A stretch of 64,000 nt of DNA, from contig RBZT01000706.1 of the NCBI GenBank assembly GCA_003693705.1, forward strand, positions 29,569 through 93,568, in the 5' to 3' direction. The DNA comes from Polymyxa betae A26-41 (lineage: Eukaryota; Protista; Endomyxa: Phytomyxea). Of this stretch, positions 24,638 to 35,847 are shown piece by piece; the stretch's first letter is position 1; the number at the start of each line of letters is the position of its first letter. The translations under genes were made by a program, and so were the position numbers. The notes below the pieces were generated by a model. It ran no database searches, was not told the origin of the DNA, and worked only from the letters and a program-made list of their open reading frames with translations.

Positions 24638-25321
24638 TTAAACACAAAGCAGCTGTTGAACTTCCCGGTTATCAGTCGTATCTAATGGACTTTCCCCATC
24701 CAGGTTGATTACTTTGAGATCCGATACGGCACCCTTCCTCAATAATAACTGAACGACGTCAATATGGTTTCCCCTGGCTGCGTTATGTAGCAGAGTATCG
24801 CCGTCCTCATCAACAGCGTGTATAGACTCTGGAGCCGCCTCTAACAGCCGCTCCACGATTCGAATATGTCCTGAAGCGCAAGCATCATGTACAGCCTATT
24901 CTGAATTCAGAGCCCAATCGATCCATTTATACTTTTGACTTACTAAGCCGCCGCCATTATCCCGTTGATTCGCGTCGGCGCCAGCAGCAAGCAGCCTCTG
25001 CACAACAGCTTCATGGCCGAATAAACTTGCCAGGTGAAGAGCAGTATCGCCATCGCTGCCCAGCGATGAGCAAGAAACTGTTAGCCTTGATAAGGCGGCG
25101 TCGACTTCGTCTAAATCGCCAATCTCAGCAGCATGCATCAAAGCTTCCAAGGCAGCGTCGTCAGCAGGTCGATAGTCAGGCTCGCCTTCTTCAGACCCAC
25201 AGCTGGAATAGCCTTCCGAATCCTGGTCGTCGTCCTCGTCAACGCAGACTTCTCCGCTCAACTCATATTCGTCTGAGTCGAACGAAGTTGATGATTTATC
25301 ATCGGAACCAGTCGACCTCAT
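24638..25321 (-). CDS. Ankyrin repeat protein with acidic N-terminus (2 exons)
   Basis: GDTALHLA, GDTLLHNAARGNH, GESPLD ankyrin motifs. Confidence 0.9.
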
Positions 25322-25481
25322 CTTCCTTCAATGAACCGTCTTGTAAAGTTGTAATAACGGCTCAGAATGGCAAACCAGAAACCAATGAAAAATTCCGAGT
25401 CAAACTGCGGACCTGATTTCAACATTTTTCAATGTAAATTGACCTTGCCCAATAGGCAATAGCTGTCAAATTTCGTTTTTC

Positions 25482-25528
25482 GTCCAACATAAACGAGCTG
25501 TCCAACATAAACGAGCTGTTCAACATTA
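25482..25528. repeat. 18-bp tandem repeat GTCCAACATAAACGAGCT x2.5
   Basis: Directly visible upstream of the ankyrin gene. Confidence 0.85.
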
Positions 25529-25667
25529 CAGTCAATATTGCCATAGAAAGTACTTGTTTAAAAACATTAGTGTTTGCTGTTTATTTCCAGCTTTGTTATT
25601 GCCGGTGAAATCTATCTGAGGTAGGTTTCGTTCTGGTTTATTGGGATATGGGAACATGCTATGAGAG

Positions 25668-27389
25668 CTAAAGGATTCCGCTTCCAAAGCCGCCGAATGG
25701 GAATGAGCCAATTCCTCCAAACCCTGCTGACTCGCTTAGACCGCCAGCCCCAAACGGGAATCCACCACCACAATAGCCTCCTCCCATACAGCCACCAAGA
25801 CCACCAGCACCGAACCCACCAAGTCCAGCCGCTCCAAGTCCTCCTGAAGCTAAAGGGCTGAAACCTAGCCCGGCACCGGCACCACCCAATTGTCCAGCGC
25901 CAGCTGCACCAGCAAGGCCAGGGCCCGCTCCTCCGGCACCGCCTGCACCGGCTCCTCCAGCGCCGCCGGTACCAGCTCCGCCTGGAATCGTTGCGACTGG
26001 TATGGCGAAATTTTTTCCCTGGTTTCCTTGACCGGAAACCGGCGCCGGAGTCGCTTGCTGTGATGCGGCCGCTGCTCCAGTAGCTGGTAATTGAGATGAT
26101 AGCAACGTCTGAATCTGCGACAGCGGCACCAGCGTTATGGATGGCGAGCCTCCACCTTGTTCTGCTCCTCCTGGAGATGCTCCAGCGCCGCCTTGTCCAC
26201 CTAAACCTGTGACACCACTCAGCACAGAGCCCTGGGTGCCCTGGCCTAAGTTGGTTTGTGGCAGCACGGTTGTCTCCAGCAAAGACGCTGTAGGTGTGTA
26301 AGATGTGATCACAAGCGGGCCGTTCGCACCAAACACATTCCCCAGGGTGCCCATCGCTAAATGCTTCTTGTCAGCAACTTCACACCTATTGAACCAATCG
26401 CTAACCTTGAAATCCGCCTGCTCCTCCTGCACCGGTTGCTCCGGCAGCGCCAGCACCAGCACCAGCAGCACCGCCTGCTCCGGCGCCATCAGCACCTCCA
26501 GGACCGCCACCACTCGGTAATGTGATGACCGGGATTGACATTGGTGCTGTGGTTGAAGGCGGTGCTATAGTTGAAGGCGGTGCCGATTGCTCAGCGCCTG
26601 CTGCTGCAAACGTTGGCGCCTGTGTCGCTTGGATCGGGATCACAACTGGAGGAGCTGCTGAAGGGATTATAATCGTAGGTTGTTGTGTCTAAAGCGGTGT
26701 CAGTTGGCGTTATTAAAGCGTCTGAAAGAGAGGATTACCGCTCCTGCTGCTGCTGCAATTGGTGCCGGGGTACTCAAAGGCGCCAAAGTTGGCTGAGGTG
26801 TCGTTATCGATGCCATCGAAGGATATTGTGGTGCAGGGGCCGTCGTGGAAGGTGTCACCGGTGGCGTTTCCGGAGGCAACGTTTGCATTGGTGGGCTTGT
26901 AGCAGGAGGTGATGTAATTGGGAATGACATCGACCCATAGTGTGGCGCCGGGGGAGGTGACATTGGAGGCATCGTCTGGGGCGATACCGTCTGGGGTGAC
27001 GGCGCCATGGGAGGCATCGTCTGGGGCGGTGGCGTCATGGGAGGCATTGTCTGGGGCGATGGCGTCATGGGTGGCATCGTTTGGGGCGGTGGCGTCATGG
27101 GAGGCATCGTCTGAGGCGCTGGCGTTATGGGAGGCATCGTCTGGGGTGGTGGTGTCATGGGAGGCATCGTTTGGGGTGGTGGCGTCATGGGAGGCATCGT
27201 TTGGGGCGATGGCGTCATGGGAGGCGCCGTCTGGGGCGTTGGCATCATGGAAGGCATTGTCTGGGGCGGAGGCGTCATTGGAAGAGCTGTAAATGGTACT
27301 GGCGGCGCCGTTGATGCTGTTGTACAACATGGTTGGTTGTTTTGAGCCGCTGCAACTGCAGCTAGCAGTATGAACGTCGAAACGAGCAT
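25668..27389 (-). CDS. Secreted Pro/Thr/Met/Gly-rich repeat protein (3 exons, ~540 aa), paralog of 9932-11172
   Basis: Signal peptide MLVSTFILLAAVAAA followed by QPCC; introns 26689-26738 and 26357-26405 join three ORFs in frame. Confidence 0.82.
26960..27280. repeat. 30-bp coding tandem repeat encoding PPMTPPPQTM (~10 copies)
   Basis: GGCGTCATGGGAGGCATCGTCTGGGGCGGT-like units. Confidence 0.92.
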
Positions 27390-28904
27390 TGGAATAGCAA
27401 TATCGTTATGAGTTCTCTTACCGATTTGGTTCCGGGGCCGGAATAGGCAGAACTGGTCTCATTTATTCGTGGAGCGGAATGGTCGATGATGTTGCCGATT
27501 GTGGCTTCCGGCAATTATTGTGCACATGTTCTCCGGAACCACGATTTTGTGTCCTAAAGACCTCAAGATTCTCTAATGAACCGACCAGTTAAAAACATAT
27601 TAGTGTCAAATATTTTCATGGAACGGGATCGTAAATTTAGTTGCCGATTGTGGCTGTTTGCACAAATGCCCTGAATGCTATAAGTCAGTATATCTAGGCA
27701 TCACTAAGGGGATTCAGTTAACGACTGAATAGTTCTCGGATGAGTTTCATAGTTGGACGAGAAGTCCCAAACGCGACTAGGCTAGGTTTATGGCTTGCGG
27801 TCCTGGCTACAATACCCAGTGCCTCTAACCCAGCCGCTTATTTTGACGAAAAGGGATTGAATATGACAAACATTGAAGTCGTCAATCGTTACACGTTTAA
27901 CTGAAAACAAGGGAAGGAATGCAAAACAGAACCCAGCGGGTTTTACGTCTGTTTCCATTTTGCCGGTCTTCGAGATCGATCGCATTCAGCAAAAGCTGCC
28001 ATCCACTTGCCCGATAACGAGTTGAACTGAAGCTGTTATGTTATTCCTCGGCCGATCAGTGCTTCCATTAGCGAGTGTTCGCGACTAGTATAAGAGGCGG
28101 TGCGATTCCGGAATGCATTCTGTCAGAATATAAAACGACTATGCAAATCTATCCAATGTCCTGATTAGAAGTTATATGATGACATCTTCCAAAACACTGC
28201 CTTCGTTATCATGAAGAATGCGCTCGATTCGTGACGCCTGAAGGGCGCTCACTGCTTATAGTAGCAATGCTTACTCTGCATAGAGCTGACTATGACATTA
28301 CGCCTGTCGCTGTCACCGACTTAGGAAACTCAGATGGCTATTTACTTATTGAGATGAGTGAACGGCTCGTTACAATTAGCTGAAAATAGAAAGAAAAGAA
28401 ATGGTGGATGCATTCACGTTGCAGTTCAGCTAGATTACATCGAAAAATGGTGAAAACGGCGTTCGTGAAGACTCGATCTGCATCTAAAAATAAATTTGCG
28501 GAACAGCACCGGTTACAAGATAGTCTTAGAAAATGAATATTAATCCGCTCCCTGCGCAAAAACAGGTATCAGACATGTCCCATATTGAAAAGATTTAGCA
28601 TCGCCGTGCCCAATTCACTGCGATCTTTCAGCACTAAACAAACGACAATAATTGTGCAATTATGGAGTTTACGCCCAGATGAGATTCACACTTGTCAAAT
28701 AGACTAATCTGTTGGGATGTTGAAGAATCGGTGACGCCCCTAGCTCGGCGCTGCAAAACCCGTCCACCTAACTATTGGATAGACTACCTACCGTACATGG
28801 TCCGGTAAGAGTCCAGGCTGAGCTCTTCGACACAGAAGCTGATAGAGACTTTAACGAGGTAGTGAAGTCTTTTGATCTAGTTGAAGCGACGGCAAATTTC
28901 AACA

Positions 28905-30164
28905 ATGAGCGTGCTGTTACCCGAAGACTCCTTGAAGCCTTCTTCCTATATCGGTCTATTGCAGATATCGCAGCGTCAGTATCCCATTCGAGTCGCGATC
29001 GATGCAGACGCGCCTCAGTTTGAATGTGATCCGGCTCTAGGTCAGCTGCTGCAATCAGCACCGCAAGCTCTGGATTTGATTCGACAAAAGATTGTCCATT
29101 ATGGACGATTGGGCTGTATTTCTGATTTGCTCTTGGAAATGCAAGATATTACTGTAATCGTGGGCATACTCGTGCTTTATCTGTAATTTAAAACTCGTGA
29201 TTAGGAAAGAGTCGTTGGCTGTATAGAATCTGAAAAGAAGGTTATCAATGCAGCCGAAGCGTTAATGGAGAATGATAGCTATGAGAGGATTATTAAAGAA
29301 GTTGGAGAAATTGGATGGGATAGGCTCGTATCTGTTGATCCTTCTTTGACGTTGTTGCAATTCAAATATGAGTATGAATTCTTCAATTGTCCAGTTCTCT
29401 TTTAAACGTGCTTACAGTGATGTGCAACTTCGAAAACATTATTTCTCGTTCAGATTGCAGCCAGATCATCCAAACACTCCCCCTGAATGCATCCTGGATA
29501 TTCCTGAAGAATTCGAGTTGTCGTGGTCAAGGAAATCGTGTCTTTTGTTGGGTGTCCGTCAGATTGAAACTGCTTTACAAAAATACGATTCGTTTTGGGC
29601 AATACTTGAAGACTTCGATCAAAACTGCTGGGTGATAGAGCCGGAAAATCCAACCAGGAGCTCGAGAAGCCGTCGCATTGCTCTTGACCGATACTCCTCT
29701 ATCATCGTGGATATTGATCCCAAGGCGCCTTACCGATTTTGTGATTTTCGCTTCCTGGGTCCCGATTCGGTTATTGAACCACTTAAAGAGAAGTTGGTGA
29801 ACAATGCTGGCCGCTGGGTAGAGAGTATTCTACCGCGCGAAAATCTTCAAACAATTCTTGGCGTCGAGTTCCTTTCAAAGAAGCAATCCGCAGAGATGGA
29901 AGAATTCCACCTTGAGTGTGGGATCTGCTACGCTAAAGATAGGGATGGTGTACGTAATCCATTTGAAATTATTGAACAGGAACTAATAAAACGCTTCAGG
30001 TCATTGCCGATCGCTCCTGCGACAATGTTCGTTGTGCTCGTCCATTCCACAGCGCTTGCTTATTGGAATGGTTAACATCGATTCCGAATTGCAGAAGGTC
30101 ATTCAGCACTGTATTCGGGACCTGTCCATACTGTTCAACTTCTATCACAGCAACTGCTCAATAA
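28905..30164 (+). CDS. FANCL: E3 ubiquitin ligase FANCL (multi-exon)
   Basis: WVIEPENPTRSSRSRRIAL, ECGICYA, and the RING tail CDNVRCARPFHSACLLEWL...FGTCPYC. Confidence 0.93.
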
Positions 30165-30270
30165 TGATTCGCTTAATACAGAGCAACCTTGCGTCCCCAT
30201 ACAATGTGTGATTTTATTGATTACAACCTCTTTTTAAAAAGTCGCAGAGAAAGGGCGGGTTGCTAAGCCA

Positions 30271-31230
30271 TTATGCAGCTGCTCGAACGTCCTCGTGGTA
30301 GTAAGCTTCACCCTCCCTGCCTTTAGCACCTTCTTCTGATTTGGCTTCTAGAAACGCCCACATACAAAGCAATGGGAGAGCACAGGCTGCAGTTCCTGCA
30401 TTAAAACAGAATGTCGCAATATAAAGCGCTGATAAATAGCCCAATGGCGCTCCCAGAAAATGGCTGGCAAAGTAGAACGTCCATTTACCTGACATGAACA
30501 TAATTGCTAAAGTGGCACCAAACAGAGTTCCAAAAGCCAAATGTGTCTTAAGGTTGCCGAAACGAACTGGATACGTGTACAACATGACACCCAAGTAAGC
30601 AACAACATTGATGACCAGAGCAAAACCTTGCTGGCTTTGAACTGCAACCATCGTCCACAGCATTGTAACGCAAGCCCCAAGTATAGCCAGATGCCAAAGC
30701 GCTATTATGGTGACCTCTAACAAGTACATTCCCTTGTTCCATTCAGTGCTGACAGTCTTTCGAGCAGAAGGCTGTGAAAACAGTATCCAGAAAATATACG
30801 ATCCACAGAAGACAATGCCGCCCATGATAGCGCTTAGGACAGATACACCAGCCCATGCTGTTGAAGGGACAGACCACCATTCTGCAGATTCACCAAGCAT
30901 GAATAGGCTGAAAGGATAGCTGTATCCGATCAGCGATCCATGAAGGAAAGCGTAGTTTCGCTGGCGGAAATCAGGAGCAGCGAACATTACGGCAACAGCT
31001 ATAAGCAGATAGGTCATGATCATGCCCAGGAAGAAGCAGTACTCGACGATGGTGAAGGCAAGGCTGGCGATACCAGTTCGCCAATACAGATTCGTAGATG
31101 TCACCATGCCTACTACAATGAACATGAACAGGATGACCAGCCCAAGAATCGTCAGAGCAGCATAGATTCGGGACATATTCAGGCATCGTTGTGCCCATAC
31201 ATGGTCCTCACTCGCGACAGACGTCTTCAT
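30271..31230 (-). CDS. Uncharacterised ~8-TM membrane protein, intronless, paralog of 35848-36795
   Basis: Long hydrophobic ORF; LYWRTG and several other blocks are shared with the paralog. Confidence 0.8.
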   Translation of the reverse strand: MKTSVASEDHVWAQRCLNMSRIYAALTILGLVILFMFIVVGMVTSTNLYWRTGIASLAFTIVEYCFFLGMIMTYLLIAVAVMFAAPDFRQRNYAFLHGSLIGYSYPFSLFMLGESAEWWSVPSTAWAGVSVLSAIMGGIVFCGSYIFWILFSQPSARKTVSTEWNKGMYLLEVTIIALWHLAILGACVTMLWTMVAVQSQQGFALVINVVAYLGVMLYTYPVRFGNLKTHLAFGTLFGATLAIMFMSGKWTFYFASHFLGAPLGYLSALYIATFCFNAGTAACALPLLCMWAFLEAKSEEGAKGREGEAYYHEDVRAAA

Positions 31231-31283
31231 AGTCAATTAGAATGAATTCGGCCGATCGGAATCGCTCCGCTGGCATCGGCCGA

Positions 31284-31397
31284 CGCCATATCCCACCCGC
31301 TCTTTCAAGCGGCCTAAGAGTCTGCAGAATCCTCCGCCATATTCGCCATATTCCACACGCTTTTTCAGGCGGCCTAATAGTCTGCAGAATCCTCCGC
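31284..31397. repeat. 60-bp imperfect tandem duplication in a divergent promoter
   Basis: CGCCATAT..CAC.CGCT.TTTCA.GCGGCCTAA.AGTCTGCAGAATCCTCCGC occurs twice. Confidence 0.88.
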
Positions 31398-31510
31398 TTT
31401 GACATTGATAAACCTCTACCACGTTATGATGATTCATACTAAAGTCAAAATACAGAGTAACACCAATTACGGAAGTCAACAAAGGTCGCGCACTCACTGA
31501 GTTCATTGTG

Positions 31511-32769
31511 ATGACATCTAATGGTGACGGCGACGATCTACGAAGTATCCGGGATCATGTCCGGGCGTCGCTGACGACACCGGTTCTCATGCCAGAGCAG
31601 CGTGCTGCATGGATAAAGTTGATTAGGACGTATGGGGAGCGGCATTGGTCGTTCGCTCACAACGCGTATCTTTCGCCAATTCGTTGTGCGCGAATAGGAT
31701 GGGAATGTATCGGCCCGGATCTTCTGCAATGTCGATCGTGTCAGAATCAGATCAAGGTGCAATTCAGCTCAAAACTGAAACAACCAGGTATCAATATCGA
31801 AAGTTTGTTAAATTTAAGTGTAGTTTCTTGTTTTGTTCTTTCAAGCCAATCTATTCACGAAATCTTTTGATGATTCTATTGTTTCAGCAATCGATGAGCT
31901 GAGCAAAGAAATCGCTACAAAACAACTGTTTCTTCGCCATGATCAGCTGTGTCCATTTTACGACATCAAGCACGTGACTCCCGCTCGAGTCTTACCGGCG
32001 GATTCGTTTACAATTCTTAAAGAATTTCATCACCGCCATCAAAAATTAGTTGGAGAGTTTTCGTCCATGATTGAATCTCAAACTCTTCGTCTGGATCGGG
32101 TTCCAGAGAAGCTCTCTCAGTATGAACTGGTCACTGTTCTAGCAATCTGCGGATGGCAGCCTTCCAAGACATTTTTAAATGTATGAACGTTTAACAAGCT
32201 ATATTTGCTGTTGTGAAGTTGTCTTGATATGAATTATTTAATTGAGATTTTTTGGATATTATTTGATTAATTTTTCTTGAAATACCTTGACATCACCAAT
32301 GATGCTTCCTTAGGTTATCGAATGTGAGATTTGTGCCCGTTGTCTTACAAAATCGACAGACTTGCCTGAATTCCGCTCACCAAAACGTCCACGCGTTGAC
32401 AACGACGATCTCGACGTTGCTGAGCCAGTTTTCAGTATTGGTGATAGGATAGCAAGCCGCTCCACGTCTCCTTTACCCGGTCAAGATCTCTTCGGGCGCA
32501 GGACATCTGCGGCTTCGTTCACTGTTCTAGCAGTTGATCCATTAGGCGATCATCGAAATTTTTGTCCATGGGTGAAAGGAAGCACAGCTGGAATCCCTGC
32601 AGGTTGGGAGACATGTTTGCAGGCCCTTGAGAGGGATCGCCGGACAGAGACGGATGAGATCAAAAACGACCAGATCGATCAGTCATGTCGCGATATTCTC
32701 AGAAACCTGAGGAATCTCACAAAACAGAAACGATCGCTTTTAAAACGGAAACCAAGTGAAATCAGCTGA
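31511..32769 (+). CDS. ZC3HC1: C3HC zinc-finger nuclear basket protein (NIPA/Rsm1/Pml39-like)
   Basis: SPIRCARIGW..LQCRSC, H..CPF, LAICGW, CEICAR, HRNFCPW. Confidence 0.85.
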
Positions 32770-32804
32770 TTTTTGCTGAAAGCAATTTTATTAGCGATCA
32801 ACGC

Positions 32805-33545
32805 TTACTGTACTGGAAAGGACATGCTCATATGCGCTGTGAGTTCAGCTTCGACTGAGTCGCCACGTCGTAACGGTCCAACACCGCTCGGGGTGCCGGT
32901 CAATACCAGATCCCCTTTGTTTAGAGTCATAACATGTGAACAATGTGAAATTAACGTTGAAATGTCGAACAACATCTGTGATGTACAGCCCTGTTGACGA
33001 ATAGCTCCGTTAACCTGATCTTCAGTTAGATGGGGATTGGAAGGGCGACCATCATGTCTACCTTAAGTACCAAGTTGAGATTCATTGGATCTTCAACTTG
33101 GTTTGCAGGTATAAACTCAGAAATAGGGCAGAATGTATCGAAGCCTTTAGCTGTAGCCCACGGAAGGCCATTTTTGGCAGCTTCCTTCTGCAATTCACGT
33201 GCTGTTAAATCCAATGCCAAGACATATCCTTGAACGTAATCCATGGCATTATCAGGATCGATGCAGGATACAGGGCCATCGCCAACAACGACACCAAGTT
33301 CTACTTCATGATGAACTTGGCTCAAATGCCTGGGAATAGAATAGAATCGCCCGCGAAAATACGAGAAGATGGCGGCTTCAAGAACTATACTTGGACGGTA
33401 CTAAACAAGCAGCCGAGAATAGCGAGACAACAGCATTTACAATCACAGGTTTGGTGAGGGGGGCGTTGTTCAGTTCAGCAATATGAGATGCATAATTCCT
33501 TGCAACCGCGACGATTAGCCGAGACCCGATATCACGAGCCCGCAT
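32805..33545 (-). CDS. FAHD1: Fumarylacetoacetate hydrolase domain protein (acylpyruvase)
   Basis: ARNYASH, VHHEVELG, ALDLTAR, AKGFDTFCP, GDLVLTGTPSGVG. Confidence 0.92.
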
Positions 33546-33691
33546 GGGACTGCAAAGGCAAATCCTTTAGATAACGCAATGGTCAGCTCGCACATAAAAA
33601 GTGAAACTTGCTTCCCTCTTTGCGCGAATACTAAACTTTAGGTAGGATCGAGAACGTTATGAATTTCTCGTAACATACTTTATCAATGTAA

Positions 33692-34407
33692 TTAGACAGT
33701 TGTCATAACCGACTCGTCACTGGGACGCCGAATCTGCATGGCGGCGAGACGCCTCTCCTTCTTCAAGTATCGGGTGCGGAAAACGAACAGCTGCCGAATA
33801 ATCATCACGTTCAGAATGCCACTGACGAATTCCAGAGCGAAAATCTTGATGTTCACAGGAAGAAAGACTTCTTTGTCGTCGATGATGATACCATCGGGAG
33901 GAGAGATCCAAATAAAGCACGCCATTCCTAAGGCCTAACATGGAAAGTCAGAAACCAAGGCAGATTCGTTGTCTGGATAATTACATGGCAGAAAATCGCT
34001 ATGGTATGCACAAGTTGAAACACGAGAGCAGATGCAGCAATGGTACTATTGGCATACGAGATTGTCATCAAGCATAATATCCCGGATATTAAACCTAAAG
34101 CAACACGGGCGCTTGATAATACCAAGTTCACTTTGATGGTCAGATTGTCATCGGCCGCAATGCGACTCCATTTCCACCAGAACAACATATCAGCACAGCC
34201 CAGCAGGGCAACAATCATAAAAAACAATGCCACGAGCAAGTACCGAAACGTCTTATTCGGCTGCAGAACACGAACATTCCTTTCAGGGATGTGATTAGGC
34301 GTCATGGTTTGGATATAGTTAGGGATATGAGTTCGTCGGGAATCGGAACTTGCCGACCTCGGATTGATCACCGAAATCGAACGTTCACTTCTGCTATGCT
34401 GACCCAT
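33692..34407 (-). CDS. Small ~4-TM membrane protein of unknown function (2 exons)
   Basis: Hydrophobic ORFs 33928-34407 and 33692-33925 are separated by an intron-sized gap. Confidence 0.55.
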
Positions 34408-34476
34408 GCCTACGAAAGTACGAGAGAGAGAACAAGTTGAACATAGTCTATATTTAGATAAAAGCGTCTATAAAAA

Positions 34477-35244
34477 CTACCTGTTCCGTGACCATGACGT
34501 ATTAGATGTTAGTGGCTGCGCTCCTCGATGAGCTTTAGATGCTATTGGCATTTCCACCTTAGTCTTGATACTGTATCCGGGACCAATCCGGGACGTTATC
34601 GGGCAGATCGGGTACACGAGCGGCTCCGGTTTTATTGTTTTGGCTTGAGCGACACGTTGCTGGATAGCGTGCTCCATGATCCAGGCGGTTGGGCCGTCGT
34701 CTAGGATCTTTTTGATGTAGGGCTCAAGGCCTGACGAAGCTGTCGGCGTCGTGCAGGCTATTTCACGAATCGAGTCGATGACCGCCGAGAATAGCGAGGG
34801 CGAATCTTGGGTCGGAGATATGTAGGCGGCGTATTGCTGGAGCATTCCCGCAAGATTCAAATCGTGCATTGATTGAAGCAGAGCCATGCGATGATCGGTA
34901 ATCAGGTGCTCCATCAGTTCATCATAAGAATTAGATGACGCATCACACAATCGGCAGTATTGGGTGATCGAACTCTCAACGTTGTCCTTCTTTCGCAACA
35001 GATATTCAGCCATGGCGTACTCCATCGCTGATAAATCCACGCCGATTTGGGCAACAGCCGGTTTATAATCGGCGGCATTCTGGCTGCAGTTTTCATCGCC
35101 GTTTTCGCTGTCGTCCCCGCGCTCAGACGACGATTGCGTTGACGGCTCGCCCTCCAGGATTTTCTGATGATTGGACGCTACAAAGGCGCTGGCCGACGCC
35201 AAAATCCCCAGCCCTCCTTCGTCTTCGACTGATTTAAACGCCAT
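34477..35244 (-). CDS. Protein with a single C2H2 zinc finger
   Basis: YCRLCDASSNSYDELMEHLITDH in a 255-aa ORF. Confidence 0.65.
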   Translation of the reverse strand: MAFKSVEDEGGLGILASASAFVASNHQKILEGEPSTQSSSERGDDSENGDENCSQNAADYKPAVAQIGVDLSAMEYAMAEYLLRKKDNVESSITQYCRLCDASSNSYDELMEHLITDHRMALLQSMHDLNLAGMLQQYAAYISPTQDSPSLFSAVIDSIREIACTTPTASSGLEPYIKKILDDGPTAWIMEHAIQQRVAQAKTIKPEPLVYPICPITSRIGPGYSIKTKVEMPIASKAHRGAQPLTSNTSWSRNR

Positions 35245-35847
35245 ATCGCGTTCAGAGATATGTAAATCCCATAATAATCAGCAAGTACTCTGTGACGATA
35301 TCTGAGAGGTCGTACTGTCCATTTCCAAACAAGCAACCAAGTCGTCACGGTACCGTATCTCCATTTCTTTTGCAACCAAGCTGAATAAAGCGAATCCAGA
35401 TGAGAATGTTCGAAACCGTACTGAAGGATAGTACGATTGAGATCCCAAATTGAGCTAGAGATTTCATTGCAATTCAGATGTCTCTACTGGTAGAGCGGCT
35501 TGAGGTTTATGACCTTGGACAAGCAGCAAAGTTCAGGTACTTGATCTATCCCTTCTGTAGTGCACACGGAAGCGAAAATGATGTAAGATGTCTCGAATCT
35601 GCTATGTTTCACCAATTAGGCTTGTCCCAAGACGCTTTTGAGGCGGCTTACGATGGAAGGAATGCCAGTATTGTACGCGACTTGGAGATTCGTATGTCAG
35701 TCACCGATGAACATCGCCTCCGATGAATCGGAATCATCCATACCAACTCCGACGTCAATTTAACGGATTGCTATCCGATGAATAAACCATTCCAGACGTT
35801 GGCAGTGTAAGTTCATCATCAAGTCGAGTTCATCTAACAACAATACG

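Noticed and set aside
26713-27345. Alternative-frame and antisense repeat ORFs (DASHDAT, VASWEAS, MGGIVWGG); likewise 40601-41549 and 18465-19193
   Set aside because: Shadows of coding tandem repeats; only one frame has a signal peptide and consistent splicing.
9932-27389. Programmed frameshifts or pseudogenes suggested by frame-hopping ORFs
   Set aside because: Each frame change examined is explained by a 45-55 nt GT-AG intron.
27560-28770. Hidden gene or RNA in the 1.2-kb intergenic region
   Set aside because: Only short featureless ORFs; no tRNA or snRNA signature recognised by eye.
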